Below are positions 46,597 through 54,699 of a DNA stretch of 64,000 nt, in pieces (the stretch's first letter is position 1; every line of letters begins with the position of its first letter). The position numbers were made by a program, and so were the translations under genes. The notes beneath the pieces were generated by a model. That model worked only from the letters and a program-made list of their open reading frames with translations, made no database searches and had not been told where the DNA came from. The stretch lies in the NCBI GenBank assembly GCA_003222135.1, contig QHUM01000039.1, forward strand, positions 139,115 through 203,114. The letters run 5' to 3'. The stretch comes from Gemmatimonadota bacterium (lineage in GTDB: Bacteria; Gemmatimonadota; Gemmatimonadetes; Gemmatimonadales; GWC2-71-9).

Positions 46597-46622
46597 TCCG
46601 CCGGTTCACCCGACCGCCGCCG

Positions 46623-48215
46623 TTACGGCAGCTTGTGGAGCTCCACCCGCCGGTTCTGCGCCCGGCCCCCGGCAGTGGTGTTGGGGGCGATGAACCCGCT
46701 CGCCCCGTATCCCTTCGCGACCATTCGCTCCGGGGACACGCCCTTACGCGCCAGGTACGCGCGCACCGAGGCGGCCCGGGCCTGCGACAGCCGCACGTTG
46801 AGCGGCGCCGATCCCGTGTTGTCGGTGTAGCCCGCGATCTCGATCCGGATCTCGGGATTGGCGACCAGCGAGCCCGCCACCTGGTCGAGCACGGCGTAGG
46901 AATCGCGGGTCAGGGCCGACCGGCCCCACTCGAAGGTCACGCCCCGCAGAATCAGCGTCGGCCGGGACGCGGCGCCGGGCGCGCCGGGCACGATTTCCGG
47001 CTGGAACAAGATGATGCAGCCGTTCGCGTCCACCTTCGAGCCGGCGGGCGTGTTGGGGCACTTGTCACGGTCATCCGGCACGCCGTCCGAGTCCGAGTCG
47101 CGGATCAGCTGTCGCGGCAGCGGGCAACCGGTCGTGTCGACGGGCGTGCCGGCGGGCGTGTTGGGACACTTGTCGAGGCCGTCCGGCACGCCGTCCAGGT
47201 CCGAATCCATCGGGCAGCCCTTGGCGTCGACGAGCGCGCCGGCGGGCGTGTTGGGGCACTGATCGAGCCCGTCGGGTACGCCGTCCTTGTCCGAGTCCGC
47301 CGGGCACCCCGCGGCGTCCACGCTCGCACCGGCCGGGGTGTTGGCGCATTGATCGATGCCGTCGGGCACGCCGTCCCCGTCCGAATCCATCGGGCAGCCC
47401 TTCGCGTCCACGTGCACCCCGGCCGCGGTGTTGGGACATTGATCGATGCCGTCCGGCACGCCGTCCGAGTCCGAGTCGCTGGGACAGCCGCTCGCGTCGA
47501 CGGTGGCGCCGGCCGGGGTGCCGGGGCACTTGTCGAGCCCGTCGTACACGCCGTCCTTGTCCGAGTCGGTGGGGCAGCCACGCGCGTCGACCGTGGCTCC
47601 GAGCGGCGTGTTGGGGCAGGCGTCCTGCTTGTCGGGGACGCCGTCCTTGTCCGAGTCCTGCGGCGGCCCGCTGCCCAGGTGAAAGACCGAAAGGCCCGCC
47701 GTCGCGACGATATGCTTGGCCGTGGTGGACCCCACGGCGTACTTGGTACTGGGCACGTAGACGCCGCGCCCTTCGATGCGCAGCGCCACGCGCGGCGTGA
47801 GGAAGATGCGGACGCCGGCGCCGCCGTGGACCCCGCTGTCGGTGAAGCGATACGGCGCCCGTGTGCCGAAGTCGAGCAGCGAATAGCCGCCCAGCACGTA
47901 CAGCATCAGGCGACTGGCGTGGACGGCATTGAACACCAGGCTGGCGCTGCCGATCAGCGGTTGGAGCGTGGTGGGCGTGCCGCTGCTCGAGACGGTGTAT
48001 TGGGGTTGGAACAGCACGTCGGCCTCGAGGCCGAATGCATCGCCGAAGAAGTAGCCGAGCCGGCCGCCGCCGCCCAGCTTGTTTGCGAGGCCGAGGGCGG
48101 CGTCGTAGCGCGTATAGCCGCCGAACGCCCCGGCCTCGAACTGTCCGCCGTGTTGCGCCTGCAGGCGTCCCCAGGGGAGCGCCAGCAGCGCGGCCAGCAC
48201 CGCGGTCCGTCTCAT
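46623..48215 (-). CDS. OmpA-family outer-membrane protein with thrombospondin type-3 repeats
   Basis: It has a signal peptide, an N-terminal beta-barrel-like domain, seven DSDxDGVPDxxDxCPNTP units, and a C-terminal OmpA peptidoglycan-binding domain (IEIAGYTDNTGS...NRRVEL). Confidence 0.9.
   Translation of the reverse strand: MRRTAVLAALLALPWGRLQAQHGGQFEAGAFGGYTRYDAALGLANKLGGGGRLGYFFGDAFGLEADVLFQPQYTVSSSGTPTTLQPLIGSASLVFNAVHASRLMLYVLGGYSLLDFGTRAPYRFTDSGVHGGAGVRIFLTPRVALRIEGRGVYVPSTKYAVGSTTAKHIVATAGLSVFHLGSGPPQDSDKDGVPDKQDACPNTPLGATVDARGCPTDSDKDGVYDGLDKCPGTPAGATVDASGCPSDSDSDGVPDGIDQCPNTAAGVHVDAKGCPMDSDGDGVPDGIDQCANTPAGASVDAAGCPADSDKDGVPDGLDQCPNTPAGALVDAKGCPMDSDLDGVPDGLDKCPNTPAGTPVDTTGCPLPRQLIRDSDSDGVPDDRDKCPNTPAGSKVDANGCIILFQPEIVPGAPGAASRPTLILRGVTFEWGRSALTRDSYAVLDQVAGSLVANPEIRIEIAGYTDNTGSAPLNVRLSQARAASVRAYLARKGVSPERMVAKGYGASGFIAPNTTAGGRAQNRRVELHKLP
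47016..47657 (-). repeat. Coding tandem array: seven roughly 90-nt (30-aa) thrombospondin type-3 (calcium-binding) units
   Basis: DSDxDG motifs begin at residues 187, 217, 247, 277, 307, 337 and 373 of the 530-aa protein. Coordinates are derived from residue positions. Confidence 0.85.
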
Positions 48216-48225
48216 GTGCGCTCCT

Positions 48226-49668
48226 CTACGGTAACTGGTGGAGCTCCACGCGCCGGTTTTGCGCGCGCCCCTCGGCCGTGGTGTTCACCGCGATCGGGTT
48301 GCTGGCCCCGTACCCCCGCGCGACCATGCGCGTGGGCGCGACGCCTTTGCTCACCAGATACGCGCGCACCACCTCCGCGCGGGCCTGAGAGAGTCGCAGA
48401 TTCGTGGCCGCCGAGCCCGTGCCGTCGGTGTATCCCGCGATCTCGATCCGGATGATGGGATTCGCCACCAGCGACTGCGCGACGATGTTGAGCACCGTGA
48501 AGGACTCGAGTTGCAGGACCGCCCTGCCCGGCTCGAACGTCACCCCCCGGAGGATCACGGGTGTCCGTTCAGGGGTGAACAGGATCACGCAGCCGTTCGC
48601 GTCGACACGGCTCCCCGGCGGTGTACCGGGGCACTTGTCGCGGTCGTCGGGCACGCCGTCGCCGTCGGAATCCTTGAAGCGCTGGCACCCGGTGCTGTCC
48701 ACTTCTGTGCCGGGCGGCGTGTTGGGGCACTTGTCGATGCCGTCCGGCACACCGTCCTTGTCGGAATCGAGCGGGCACCCGGCCGCGTCGACGATCGCCC
48801 CGGCCGGGGTGTTCGGGCACTGGTCGATACCATCCGGGACTCCGTCGCCGTCGGCGTCGGTGGGACAGCCTTTGGCGTCCACGTGCGCGCCGATCGGGGT
48901 GTTGGAGCACTGGTCGAGCCCGTCGTACACGCCGTCGTGATCCGAGTCCATCGGGCAGCCCTTGGCATCCACCCGCGCGCCCACGGGCGTGCCGGGACAC
49001 TGATCGATCCCGTCGTACACGCCGTCGTGGTCCGAGTCGAGCGGGCAGCCGTGCACGTCGACCGTGGCGCCGAGCGGCGTGTTGGCGCAGACGTCCAGCT
49101 TATCGGGGACACCGTCGTGGTCCTCGTCCGCGAGCGTCCCCGTCCCGGTGAACAGCGACAGGCCGAGCGAACCGACCACGTGGCCGGCCCAGGTGCCGCC
49201 GGCGAATCCCGTGTTGGGCGTGTACAGGGCGCGCACTTCGACCCGCAGCGCCGCGTGGTCGCCCAGAAACAACCGTTCGCCGATCGCGCCATGGACCGCG
49301 TCGTCGGTAAAGCGGTACGGCGTCACCTTCTCGAAATCGAGGCGGGAGTACCCACCGAGGAGGTAGAACAGGTGGCGTGCGTTTCCGAAATTGAGGCTGA
49401 GGCTGGCGCTGCCGAGGGTCAACGAGGGCGAGCTGGTCCCCGTGCTTGGGCGCAGGTCCTGGTAACCGGCCTCGAGCTCGGCGCCGACGATGTCGGTGAA
49501 GAAATAGCCGAGCCGTGCGCCGCCGCCGACGCGGCTCTCGAGGCGGAACGTCTTGTCGTAGTGCGTGAACGAGCCGAGTGCGCCGAGTTCGAACTGATGC
49601 GCGCGCTGCGCGCCGGCGGTGCCGACGGCGGCTGTGAGCGCCAATCCCAGGATCGCGAGCGTACGCAC
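48226..49668 (-). CDS. OmpA-family outer-membrane protein with thrombospondin type-3 repeats (tandem paralogue)
   Basis: The architecture matches 46623..48215, with six repeat units. The start is GTG 49668. A 10-nt spacer separates it from the downstream paralogue. The C-termini are nearly identical (NRRVELHQLP versus NRRVELHKLP). Confidence 0.9.
   Translation of the reverse strand: MRTLAILGLALTAAVGTAGAQRAHQFELGALGSFTHYDKTFRLESRVGGGARLGYFFTDIVGAELEAGYQDLRPSTGTSSPSLTLGSASLSLNFGNARHLFYLLGGYSRLDFEKVTPYRFTDDAVHGAIGERLFLGDHAALRVEVRALYTPNTGFAGGTWAGHVVGSLGLSLFTGTGTLADEDHDGVPDKLDVCANTPLGATVDVHGCPLDSDHDGVYDGIDQCPGTPVGARVDAKGCPMDSDHDGVYDGLDQCSNTPIGAHVDAKGCPTDADGDGVPDGIDQCPNTPAGAIVDAAGCPLDSDKDGVPDGIDKCPNTPPGTEVDSTGCQRFKDSDGDGVPDDRDKCPGTPPGSRVDANGCVILFTPERTPVILRGVTFEPGRAVLQLESFTVLNIVAQSLVANPIIRIEIAGYTDGTGSAATNLRLSQARAEVVRAYLVSKGVAPTRMVARGYGASNPIAVNTTAEGRAQNRRVELHQLP
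48589..49128 (-). repeat. Coding tandem array: six roughly 90-nt thrombospondin type-3 units
   Basis: D(E/S/A)DxDG motifs begin at residues 181, 211, 241, 271, 301 and 333 of the 480-aa protein. Confidence 0.85.
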
Positions 49669-49720
49669 GAAACGGTCCCCCCCCCAAGGCGTGGCCCTAC
49701 GGTAATAAGTCAGGCTCCGG

Positions 49721-51196
49721 TTAGAAACCCCACACGCCCGATTTCCGCAGGCCCGTGCTCAGGTCGATCCCCCCGATGACGAGCCCGTGCCGTGCCCCGT
49801 CGGCTTCGCGCCAGGTAACACCGGCCGGCCCGACGAGTGTACCGCCGCCCTGCCCGGCGATCGTGGCCGTCCCGACGGGCCCGGCAAACGGGCCGAGCGA
49901 GTCGCCGGTCACCGCGGCGGCGATCGTTTCCGCCGGGTTCGTCGCGGCGCCGCCGTACATGCCGCCGACCAGCAGCACGACGTCGCCCAGATCGAGCGTG
50001 GCGAACTGCGAGCGGGGAGCGGGGAAGAGCGTGGCCCCGGAGGCCCACGAGCCGGCAAAGAAGCCCGAGACCAGACTCACCGGGGCCGTATCGCTCGAGG
50101 CGAGCCGGGTGGTCGCCGCGTCGAGGCCGCCGCCCGGCGGGACGCTGTCCGCCACGCCGCCGAACGTGATCGCGCGGTCGTCCAGGACCACGCCACCGCC
50201 GTAGGCGCGCGGCGTTGGGAGCAGGGGCTGCACGTACCAGCCGTCGACGTGCCCGTCGGCGGCAAGGCGCCCGACGAACACAAAGCGTTGCGGACGCCCG
50301 AGTGAGTCGGTGCCGCCGATCACGTAGATCCGCCCCCGCCGCACCACCGCCGTCGCGCCCGCGACGGGCGCGGGGAGCGGCTCGATCGGCGCGAACCGCC
50401 CCGCGACGCCGTCGGCGGTGACGTCGGCGGCGAGCACGGACGGCTGCGCCCGGCCGGCAGAGTCGACGCCCCCGATCACGTACAGCGCGCTCCCGCTGAA
50501 GTGGGAGTTATAGCGCGTCGCGACGGCGACGGCGGCGAACGCGCGCGGCACGGGAAGGGTCCGGCTCTGCACGGGGTCCGCGTTGTCGGGCTGCCGCACC
50601 CACGCGGTCACCGTCCCACCGCCCAGCGCGCGCGCGACGTAGACGCCGGCGTCGGGGACGAGTCGCGCGCCGATCAGCTCGGCGCCACCCGCCGCGTACA
50701 GCGTGGTCGAGACGACGTTGCCGGCGGGAATCTCCGCCGCCGCGGCGCCAACGCCGACGGGTGCGCTCGGGAAGGCGACCCGCGACTGCCAGCGCAGCGT
50801 ATCCGCAGCAAACCGCACGTGGGGAATCACGTGTACCGTGGCGGTGAGCTGGAGGCCCGTCGCCGTGGTCACGGTGAGCAGTCCCGAGACCGCGCTGTCC
50901 GGAATCGTGATGCGGACGGCCAGGTCGCTCCACCCTCCCGCTCCGGCCACAGAGGCCGGAACGGTTCCGCCGCCCGTGCCGGCGAGCGTGACGCCGCCCG
51001 TGCCCTGCACCGCGCCGAACCCGAAGCCTTCGACCACCGCCGTCCCGCCACGCCCCAGGATGGGCTCGATCGCGCCATCGACGTAGTCGATGCGGGGCGC
51101 GGCCGGCGCGGGCGGCCCGATCCCGTTGCCGCACGCCCCGAGCAGCACGGCCAGCGCCGGAGCGAGCCTACGGTCGACCGTTGTCCCCCCGAACAA
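49721..51196 (-). CDS. Lipoprotein with an IPT/TIG-like domain and Kelch-type beta-propeller repeats
   Basis: The lipobox is LAVLLGAC. The N-terminal segment VVEGFGFG...LTVTTATG is Ig-like. Propeller blade motifs recur (LYAAGG, LYVIGG, IYVIGG, ITFGG, VLLVGG). The TTG start overlaps the MCP 3' end by 29 nt. Confidence 0.7.
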   Translation of the reverse strand: MFGGTTVDRRLAPALAVLLGACGNGIGPPAPAAPRIDYVDGAIEPILGRGGTAVVEGFGFGAVQGTGGVTLAGTGGGTVPASVAGAGGWSDLAVRITIPDSAVSGLLTVTTATGLQLTATVHVIPHVRFAADTLRWQSRVAFPSAPVGVGAAAAEIPAGNVVSTTLYAAGGAELIGARLVPDAGVYVARALGGGTVTAWVRQPDNADPVQSRTLPVPRAFAAVAVATRYNSHFSGSALYVIGGVDSAGRAQPSVLAADVTADGVAGRFAPIEPLPAPVAGATAVVRRGRIYVIGGTDSLGRPQRFVFVGRLAADGHVDGWYVQPLLPTPRAYGGGVVLDDRAITFGGVADSVPPGGGLDAATTRLASSDTAPVSLVSGFFAGSWASGATLFPAPRSQFATLDLGDVVLLVGGMYGGAATNPAETIAAAVTGDSLGPFAGPVGTATIAGQGGGTLVGPAGVTWREADGARHGLVIGGIDLSTGLRKSGVWGF

Positions 51197-53288
51197 AACG
51201 CACGGCCTTCGCGAGGTTGTCCGCGAGCTGCGTCAACTCCGCGGCGCCGTGGGTGAGCTCGGCAATGGCCTTGAGCTGCTCCGCTGCTGCGGCCGCCACG
51301 GCCTCCGTCTCGGCGGCCGACGCCTGGGCGCCGGCCCGCGCCTGCTCGAGCGACGCGCCGATGCGTCCCGACAGGTCCGCGATGCCGCGCGCCAGCTCTG
51401 CGACCCGTTTACCGGCGCGCGCCGTGCCGGAGGCCGCTGTGGCGATATGGCTCAAGTCCGCGACCCAGGCGGAGGAGCCCTGCACGACCTCCGTCAGGTC
51501 CTCGCGGACTCGTTCGAGCAGCTGCGCGGCCTGGTCGAGGGCCCCGCGCGTGTCCTGCGCCGATTTCCCGACCGCGCGGGCTTCACGCCCGCTCGCCTCT
51601 GCGAGCTTGTGCACTTCGTCGGCCACCACCGCAAAGCCGCGCCCGTGGACGCCCGCGCGCGCCGCTTCGATCGTGGCGTTCAACGCGAGCAGGTTGGTCT
51701 GGTTCGCGATGAACCCGATCGTCTCGGAGAACTTCTCCACCTGTTCGGCGACGTCGCGCAGGCGCCGTACTTCGGAAGCGCTTTCCGCGGTCGTCACGCC
51801 CAGATCGGCCAGGCGACGGACGGCGTCCTCGGTCGCGTGGCGCACTTTTTCGGTCGTCTTCTCCATTTGGGCGCCCGACTCGCGCGTCTGGTCCCCGGCC
51901 GTGGCGACCTCGCCGGCGTGCTGCTTGAGCTGTTCGGACTCCCGCGTCACGAGGCTCACAAGACTCGCCGCCTGCTTGGCGCCGTGGCTGGCGCGCTGCG
52001 CCGCCGCGGCCACCTCCTGGCTCGACGCATGGATCTGCTGCGTCGTGGCGGTGAGCGTCTCGATGTACGTGGTGGTGCGCTCGGAGGCGCCGACCACGGG
52101 CTGGACCGACGCCTCGATCGCGAGCATCAGGGCGAGCTGGGGCGCGAGCAGCGCGAGCACCTCCCCGTCCGTCTCGCGGTACATCAGGGGATCCGAGTGG
52201 CGCACGCTCCACAGGCCGACGAGCTGGCCGGCGTGGTACAGCGGGACGAGCACCTCGGCGCCGGGGCGCTCCGCTCCGGGGACGACCACCTGATCGGGCC
52301 GCAGGGCGTGCGCCACGACAGGGCGGCGCAGCCGCACCGCCTCGCCGGTCAGTCCCGCGTTGGCGTCGAAGCGAAAGCTGGTCCGGCCGCCGGCGGCCGT
52401 GTCGGCGACCAGCTCCATTTCGTTCGTGTGCGCGTCATACCGCGCGAACCCCATCTGCTCCCACGGCACCAGCCGGCGGGTGAGCTCCTGAATGCGCCCG
52501 AAGCTCTTCGCGAGCGAGATGTCCCGGGCGATGGCCTGCGACAGCCCCTGGATCAGGGCGAGCTCGTCGGCGCGCACCCCGAGCCGAACGACGTACACGC
52601 TGGTCGCGGTCGCCGCTGCCAGCGCCGCCCCCACCACCAGCGTCTCGAGCGGGCCGAGCCCGGCGTGGACGAGACGCAGCCAGGCGAGCGCCAGCGCGAT
52701 CGAGCAGGCGTACACGATCGTCTCCCAGCGCGCCGTGAGCCACGCGTCCACCCAGGCGAGCGAGCGGCCGAGCGCGAGCTCGAGGTAGAACGTGGCATTG
52801 ACGACGACCGGCAGGAGAGCGAGCAGCGCGACGAGCGGCCCGAGATTGGCGGGGTCGAGCGCGTCCGGGCCCGCGACGCCCCCCAATCGGTCGTACATGA
52901 GGCCGACGACCGCGGTGCCGGCCGTGAGGTGGGCGGCGTTGACGAGCGCCGCGCGCGCCGGCAACCGCCGCACCACGAGGTCGCCGGCTACCATCGCCGC
53001 CGGGCCCACGAGGACGGCGCACGCCCAGCCGCGGTCGAGCAAGGCGAACGCCGTGACGCCGAGGATGTAGGACGAGTAGCCGTTGCCGGGGAGCGCCACG
53101 CCGTAGCGCCGCGACAGGGCGCCGATCGCCACCAGCGTCACGAATTCGACGCCGAACCCGGGACCCGGCACCGCGCGCCCGGCGACGTAGGCGGCCACCG
53201 CCGCCGCAACCGCCGATGCGGCGCCCAGCGACACGAGCGCCCGCACCAGCACGCCGGGCGAAGCCTGGGGGCGAGGAAGGGGGCTCAT
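51168..53288 (-). CDS. Methyl-accepting chemotaxis protein with an N-terminal multi-TM domain and a GAF domain
   Basis: The highly conserved MCP signalling hairpin is present: [38 protein letters not shown]. Upstream are about 7 TM helices and a GAF-like segment ([21 protein letters not shown]...[16 protein letters not shown]). Confidence 0.9.
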   Translation of the reverse strand: MSPLPRPQASPGVLVRALVSLGAASAVAAAVAAYVAGRAVPGPGFGVEFVTLVAIGALSRRYGVALPGNGYSSYILGVTAFALLDRGWACAVLVGPAAMVAGDLVVRRLPARAALVNAAHLTAGTAVVGLMYDRLGGVAGPDALDPANLGPLVALLALLPVVVNATFYLELALGRSLAWVDAWLTARWETIVYACSIALALAWLRLVHAGLGPLETLVVGAALAAATATSVYVVRLGVRADELALIQGLSQAIARDISLAKSFGRIQELTRRLVPWEQMGFARYDAHTNEMELVADTAAGGRTSFRFDANAGLTGEAVRLRRPVVAHALRPDQVVVPGAERPGAEVLVPLYHAGQLVGLWSVRHSDPLMYRETDGEVLALLAPQLALMLAIEASVQPVVGASERTTTYIETLTATTQQIHASSQEVAAAAQRASHGAKQAASLVSLVTRESEQLKQHAGEVATAGDQTRESGAQMEKTTEKVRHATEDAVRRLADLGVTTAESASEVRRLRDVAEQVEKFSETIGFIANQTNLLALNATIEAARAGVHGRGFAVVADEVHKLAEASGREARAVGKSAQDTRGALDQAAQLLERVREDLTEVVQGSSAWVADLSHIATAASGTARAGKRVAELARGIADLSGRIGASLEQARAGAQASAAETEAVAAAAAEQLKAIAELTHGAAELTQLADNLAKAVRFVRGDNGRP

Positions 53289-53380
53289 GAGGGGTCGCTG
53301 CCGCGCAAGCTCGGGACTGTGGCGTGGCGTGTCAAGCGCGACTATCCTTCACGCAACCGAGCCCCCTCGCCCTCAATCGT

Positions 53381-53620
53381 ATGCGCGTCACCATCGAATA
53401 CTGTGTCGTCTGAAACTACGAACCTCGGGCCGCCGGTCTGGCGGCCGAAATTCGCAAGGCCCACCCGCACGCGGACGTCAAGCTGATCCAATCCTCGGGC
53501 GGCGTGTTCGAAGTCGAGGTCGACGGGCGCCGCGTGTTCTCCAAGAAAGCCCTCGGGCGTCACGCCGAGCCCGGAGAAGTGCTGCGCCTGATTGAGAAGA
53601 TGGCGCCGCCGGCGCGTTGA
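53381..53620 (+). CDS. Rdx (SelW/SelT/SelH) family selenoprotein; TGA 53411-53413 decoded as selenocysteine
   Basis: Reading through the TGA gives MRVTIEYCVVUNYEPRAAGLAAEIRKAHPHADVKLIQSSGGVFEVEVDGRRVFSKKALGRHAEPGEVLRLIEKMAPPAR. The IEYCxxU and GGxFEVxVDG pattern is typical of Rdx proteins. A SECIS hairpin follows. The gene is absent from the ORF track because the TGA splits it. Confidence 0.8.
53425..53448 (+). promoter_or_regulatory. Bacterial SECIS-like stem-loop
   Basis: A 7-bp GC stem (53428-34 paired with 53440-46) has apical loop GGUCU. Two further pairs lie below a 1-nt bulge. The stem starts 14 nt after the UGA. Confidence 0.7.
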
Positions 53621-54687
53621 GAATCGCGATCTCCACCGGCGGCGGCGACGCCCCGGGGTTGAACGCCGTGATCCGCGGGTCCGTGCTCGCCGCGATCCAT
53701 CGAGGCTGGGAATGCGTCGGCATCAGGCGTGGCTATGACGGGCTGCTCGACGAGGACCGCGTCGTCGTGCTCGACGCCAACGCCGTCCGCGGCATCACCC
53801 ACCTGGGCGGCACCATCCTCGGCACGACCAACCGGGGCGACCCCTTCCGCTGGCGCGGACAAGGCGCCGACGGCAGCGCGATCGAGCACGATCGGGCCGA
53901 CGAGCTCGTTGCCGCCTTCCGCCGCAAGGGCATCGACGCCCTCATCGCCATCGGGGGCGACGGCTCGCTCCGCATCGCGCAGCGGCTGTTCCGTGAGAAG
54001 GGGATTCGCGTCGTGGGCGTTCCCAAGACGATCGACAACGACGTGGGCGGCACGCAGCTCACGTTCGGATTCGACACGGCGGTCCAGACCGCCACCGAAG
54101 CGATCGACAAGGTCCACTCCACCGCTGAGAGCCATGAGCGCGTCATGGTCGTGGAGGTCATGGGGCGCCACGCCGGATGGATCGCGTTGCACTCCGGCAT
54201 CTCCGGCTCCGCCGACGTGATCCTGATGCCCGAGATTCCGTTCGACATGAGCAAGGTGTGCGAGAAAATCGCCCGGCGCGAGGCGGAAGGACGCCACTTC
54301 AGCATCGTCGTCGTGGCCGAAGGAGCCGCTCCCCGGGGCGGGAGCGTCTCGCTTATCGACCCGGAGCACCAGCGCCTCGGCGGCATCGGCGACAAGGTCG
54401 CGCACTCGATCCAGGAGATGACGGGCAAGGAGACGCGCAGCCTGGTGCTCGGGCACTTGCAGCGCGGCGGCAGCCCGACGACGTTCGATCGCCTGCTGGG
54501 CTTGCGCTTCGGCGCCGCGGCAGTGCGTGTCATCGCCGACGGGAAGTTCGGCACCATGGTCGCGCTGCGTCCTCCCACAATCGCACCGATCTCGATCGAC
54601 GAAGCGCTCGCCGCTCCGAAGACCGTCCCGCTCGACTCCGACACGATCGCTACGGCGCGCGACCTGGGGATCTCCTTGGGAGACTGA
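53617..54687 (+). CDS. pfkA: 6-phosphofructokinase (PfkA family)
   Basis: Motifs present: STGGGDAPGLNAVIRG, IGGDGS, GVPKTIDNDV, EVMGRHAGWIAL. The TTG start overlaps the selenoprotein stop (TTGA). Confidence 0.9.
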   Translation: MRIAISTGGGDAPGLNAVIRGSVLAAIHRGWECVGIRRGYDGLLDEDRVVVLDANAVRGITHLGGTILGTTNRGDPFRWRGQGADGSAIEHDRADELVAAFRRKGIDALIAIGGDGSLRIAQRLFREKGIRVVGVPKTIDNDVGGTQLTFGFDTAVQTATEAIDKVHSTAESHERVMVVEVMGRHAGWIALHSGISGSADVILMPEIPFDMSKVCEKIARREAEGRHFSIVVVAEGAAPRGGSVSLIDPEHQRLGGIGDKVAHSIQEMTGKETRSLVLGHLQRGGSPTTFDRLLGLRFGAAAVRVIADGKFGTMVALRPPTIAPISIDEALAAPKTVPLDSDTIATARDLGISLGD

Positions 54688-54699
54688 CGCTCACTGCGC

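Noticed and set aside
44037-48455. Long plus-strand ORFs at 44037..46400 (787 aa) and 46410..48455 (681 aa).
   Set aside because: They are antisense to the S9 peptidase and OmpA genes, which carry clear catalytic or domain motifs. Only the first 32 codons of the overlapping plus-strand ORF 46486..46830 are discussed, as a hypothetical alternative N-terminus in the inverted-repeat finding.
47016-49128. Periodic roughly 90-nt repeats that could be mistaken for a CRISPR-like array.
   Set aside because: They are in-frame thrombospondin type-3 units inside two OmpA-family genes. There are no unique spacers, no leader and no cas genes.
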